The translations under genes and the position numbers were made by a program. From an uncultured archaeon (GTDB lineage Archaea > Asgardarchaeota > Jordiarchaeia > Jordiarchaeales > Jordiarchaeaceae): DNA of 32,000 bases. Each line of letters opens with the position of its first letter. Position 1 is the first letter of the stretch. The stretch lies in contig CAZECW010000188.1 in NCBI GenBank assembly GCA_964510585.1, positions 1 to 32,000 on the forward strand. Direction: 5' to 3'. The notes under the pieces were generated by a model. It ran no database searches, was not told the DNA's origin, and worked only from the letters and a program-made list of their open reading frames with translations. Shown piece after piece: positions 29,106 to 32,000 of this stretch.

Positions 29106-29986
29106 GTGAGAGAGAGTTTGCATTGTTTTTGGGATGCACCATACCTGTGAGATGCTTGGGTTACGAGGTGGCTACAAGGAGGGTGGCGGAGGAGCTGGGA
29201 ATTAAACTTGTTGATCTTAGTTTTTCCTGCTGCGGTTATCCCTTAAAAAATGTAGATGTGATTGCCGCTAAATCTATGGCTACAGCGAACCTGGCTCTCG
29301 CAGAATCTAAGAACCTCAATATTCTTACTATATGTAGTGCTTGCGCCGGAACTTTGACCGAGGCTAGTGTTAATAGAGAGAATCCGGTGGGTGAACAAGT
29401 TAAAAAGGAGTTGGGAAAGCAGGGGTTAACCTTTAAGGGGTTGGTTTGGGTCAAGCACTTTGTGAGATACCTGTATGAGGATTACGGTGTGGATAAGATA
29501 AGGGAACATGTGAAAAACCCTCTGAAAAACCTTAGGGTGGCTATACACTATGGCTGTCATTATCTGAGACCGTCTGAAATATATGATGAATTTGATGATC
29601 CTGAACACCCAAAGAGCGCGAAAGAGATAATTGAGGCTTTGGGTGCCACAGTGGTTAATTACAGGGGTCAGCTCGATTGTTGTGGTGGGGGCACTTTGAC
29701 TTTCGATCAGAAGTTGGGTGCTATATTGGCTAAGAAGAAACTGGACAATGTCAAGAAGGCCAACGTGGATGCCTTGGTTTTATTCTGTCCCTTCTGCTCC
29801 ATAATGTATGACGGCCACCAAAGGTTTATTGAGGAACAATTCGGTTGCGAGCCCTACAACATTCCGGTTCTCTTCTTGCCTCAGATTATGGGCTTAGCGT
29901 TTGGCATAGATCCAAAGGAGTTGGGATTTGAATACAACAAAGTAGATGTCCAACCCCTACTGGACAAAATAGGGGTGAAGTGGTGA
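29102..29986 (+). CDS. hdrB: HdrB-like (copy 4)
   Basis: FLGC / SCCG / CSAC and HYGCH / DCCGGG / CPFC. Confidence 0.9.
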   Translation: MSEREFALFLGCTIPVRCLGYEVATRRVAEELGIKLVDLSFSCCGYPLKNVDVIAAKSMATANLALAESKNLNILTICSACAGTLTEASVNRENPVGEQVKKELGKQGLTFKGLVWVKHFVRYLYEDYGVDKIREHVKNPLKNLRVAIHYGCHYLRPSEIYDEFDDPEHPKSAKEIIEALGATVVNYRGQLDCCGGGTLTFDQKLGAILAKKKLDNVKKANVDALVLFCPFCSIMYDGHQRFIEEQFGCEPYNIPVLFLPQIMGLAFGIDPKELGFEYNKVDVQPLLDKIGVKW

Positions 29987-29992
29987 TTTATT

Positions 29993-32000
29993 ATGATAGG
30001 CGTCTTCATTTGTGAGTGTGGTGGAAACATCGGAGACGTAGTTGACGTCAACGCTGTAAAGGAAGCCATCCAAAAGATTCCCGATGTTAAAACCGTGAGA
30101 ATCAATCGTTTCCTATGCTCCAAACTGGGCCTAAAAATGATAGTAGACTCTGTCAAAAAACAGAACCTAGACCGGGTGGTGGTTGCGTCGTGTTCCCCAC
30201 ATATGCATGAAGAAACCTTTAGAGAAACAGTGGTTGAAGCGGGACTAAACCCCTACATGTTTGTACACACAAATATTCGGGAGCAGGACTCCTGGGTCAC
30301 GAAGGATAAAAGGAAGGCTACAGAAAAGGCCATAGCCATAATATCAGGTGCGGTGGGCAGAGCAAGGAAATTGGAGCCCCTCCAAAAAACTAGAGTAGAA
30401 ATCTCCAAGGATGTTATGGTTATCGGCGGCGGAATAGCGGGAATAACAGCGGCACTACAGTTGGCGAACTCCGGATACCACGTTATAATGGTGGAAAAAA
30501 AACCCAGCATAGGAGGCAGGATGGCTCAGCTAAGCAAGGTTTTTCCCACCCTAGACTGTGCACCCTGCATCCTCAGTCCAAGAATGGCAGACGTGGACAA
30601 AAACCCAAACATAACACTACTAACCAGCTCAGAGGTGGAAAAGGTATCCGGTGGACCGGGAAACTATGAGGTGAAGGTTAGGATTAAGCCCCGAGGAGTG
30701 GACGTTGAGAAGTGTTTAAGGTGTGGCAAGTGTGAGAAGGTCTGCGAAGTGGAGGTTCCAGACGAGTATGAGGCGGGACTATACACCCGCAAAGCAATAT
30801 ACTTGCCATTCGCACAAGCTGTTCCCGCCGCTTACGCCATCGACTTTGAAAACTGTAGAAAATGCGGAACCTGCCAAAAAGAGTGCCCCGCCGAAGCCAT
30901 AAACATCAACCAGGAGGAGAGAGTGGAGACCTTCAATGTGGGGGCAATAATAGTTACTACTGGCTACGACCTCCTAGATAAGGGTGAGATAGAGAGATAC
31001 AAGGTTGACAAGGAATCCACCATAACTTCGCTCCAGCTAGAGAGACTTATAGAGAATGAATTGGCAGCAGGGGAAGTTCTTAAAAATTCCAAGGGTAAAC
31101 GCATAAAAGATGTGGCATTCATTTTGTGTGTAGGCTCCAGGAATCCACATAAGGGGGTTTCCTACTGCAGCAAGGTCTGCTGTCCCTACGCGGTTAAGGA
31201 AGCGATACTGCTGAAGAAGACTTTGCCCTATCTCCGCATATGGATTTACTACATTGACTTGAGGATGGCTGGCCGGGGATACGAGGAACTCTACAGGCAG
31301 GCGCGGGAAATGAACATAAACTTCATACACGGAAAGCCCGCAGAAGTGAGTGTAGATCCAGACTCTGGAAGGCTTCAGATTGTATCTGAAGATATTGACA
31401 CGGGCCAAATAATAAGGAACTCTTTGGATCTCATTGTTTTATGCCCAGCAATGATTCCTTCAAGCGACCTGGCAGAATTGGCGGGTAAACTCAACATATC
31501 CACGGGTGAGGACGGCTTTATCGCAGAAAAACACATTAAACTTAATCCAGTATCCACCCTGAGGGAAGGCATATATGCTGCGGGAACAGCCCTTGGCCCC
31601 AAGGATATCAGAGAATCCGTGGTAGACGCCAGATCCACTGCAGCCCAAGCAATAGAATTCTTGGGAGAAGGATACAAGGACATTTCACCAATAAAAGCTA
31701 GACTGGTAGGTGAATGCCGAGGTGTGGGGGAGTGTGTGAGAGTATGTCCTCATAATGCCATAACATTAAACGAAAAGACGGGTAAAGCGGAGATAAACAT
31801 ATTGGCCTGTAATGGTTGTGGAGCCTGCGTCCCCGCGTGTCCTAATAATGCTTTACAATTGGCTCATTACACAAAGGAGCAAATATTGGAGGAAGTAAAG
31901 GGACTTCTATCTGTGCCCACAGAGGATATTAGGATAATTGGATTCTTTGGGGACTCTACTGCTTACCCTGCGGCAGATGCTGCCGGCGTCTCGCGGCTAA
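29993..32000 (+). CDS. hdrA: HdrA with C-terminally fused MvhD-like domain; truncated by the window edge and absent from the ORF track
   Basis: Hand translation, open for 669 codons: MIGVFICECGGNI, FLCS, ASCSP, REQDSW, IGGGIAG, PTLDCAPC, CLRCGKC, CRKCGTCQKECP, CSKVCCPYAVK, CNGCGACVPACP, then IRIIGFFGDSTAYPAADAAGVSRL. Confidence 0.9.
   Translation, partial: MIGVFICECGGNIGDVVDVNAVKEAIQKIPDVKTVRINRFLCSKLGLKMIVDSVKKQNLDRVVVASCSPHMHEETFRETVVEAGLNPYMFVHTNIREQDSWVTKDKRKATEKAIAIISGAVGRARKLEPLQKTRVEISKDVMVIGGGIAGITAALQLANSGYHVIMVEKKPSIGGRMAQLSKVFPTLDCAPCILSPRMADVDKNPNITLLTSSEVEKVSGGPGNYEVKVRIKPRGVDVEKCLRCGKCEKVCEVEVPDEYEAGLYTRKAIYLPFAQAVPAAYAIDFENCRKCGTCQKECPAEAININQEERVETFNVGAIIVTTGYDLLDKGEIERYKVDKESTITSLQLERLIENELAAGEVLKNSKGKRIKDVAFILCVGSRNPHKGVSYCSKVCCPYAVKEAILLKKTLPYLRIWIYYIDLRMAGRGYEELYRQAREMNINFIHGKPAEVSVDPDSGRLQIVSEDIDTGQIIRNSLDLIVLCPAMIPSSDLAELAGKLNISTGEDGFIAEKHIKLNPVSTLREGIYAAGTALGPKDIRESVVDARSTAAQAIEFLGEGYKDISPIKARLVGECRGVGECVRVCPHNAITLNEKTGKAEINILACNGCGACVPACPNNALQLAHYTKEQILEEVKGLLSVPTEDIRIIGFFGDSTAYPAADAAGVSRL

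Noticed and set aside
11071-32000. Selenocysteine (in-frame TGA) in HdrA or MvhD, as known in some archaea
   Set aside because: All frames are open with Cys at the relevant motifs. Stops at the HdrA splits are TAA and TAG and the next gene is in a different frame.
11071-32000. Methanogen assignment from hdr genes
   Set aside because: No mcr, mtr or CoM/CoB genes in the window; Hdr-like clusters are widespread in non-methanogens.

Overview
Archaeal genomic window, probably Asgard (inferred from two Rab-like small GTPases plus a longin-like protein, archaeal Shine-Dalgarno and TATA signals, and archaeal-type riboflavin enzymes). Left part: GGGP synthase, then a seven-gene riboflavin operon (ribB-ribC-ribH-arfA-amidohydrolase-arfC-arfB) with a candidate operator. 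Middle part: two tandem Rab-like GTPases (one with degenerate switch motifs), a 700-bp intergenic region where strand composition flips, a helical hypothetical, a DUF99 protein, a longin-like protein and a GNAT. Right two-thirds: a heterodisulfide-reductase-like supercluster (4 hdrC, 4 hdrB, 6 hdrA genes carrying 7 FAD modules, 3 mvhD plus one fused MvhD domain), interrupted by a nip7/NOP2-family pair and running off the right edge. The most notable items are an MvhD-winged-helix fusion with a stand-alone paralog plus a perfect palindrome at the hdr promoter, and an amidohydrolase that may be the missing archaeal riboflavin deaminase. No tRNA, rRNA, CRISPR array or mobile element was recognised. 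All calls are by motif recognition; no database searches were run.
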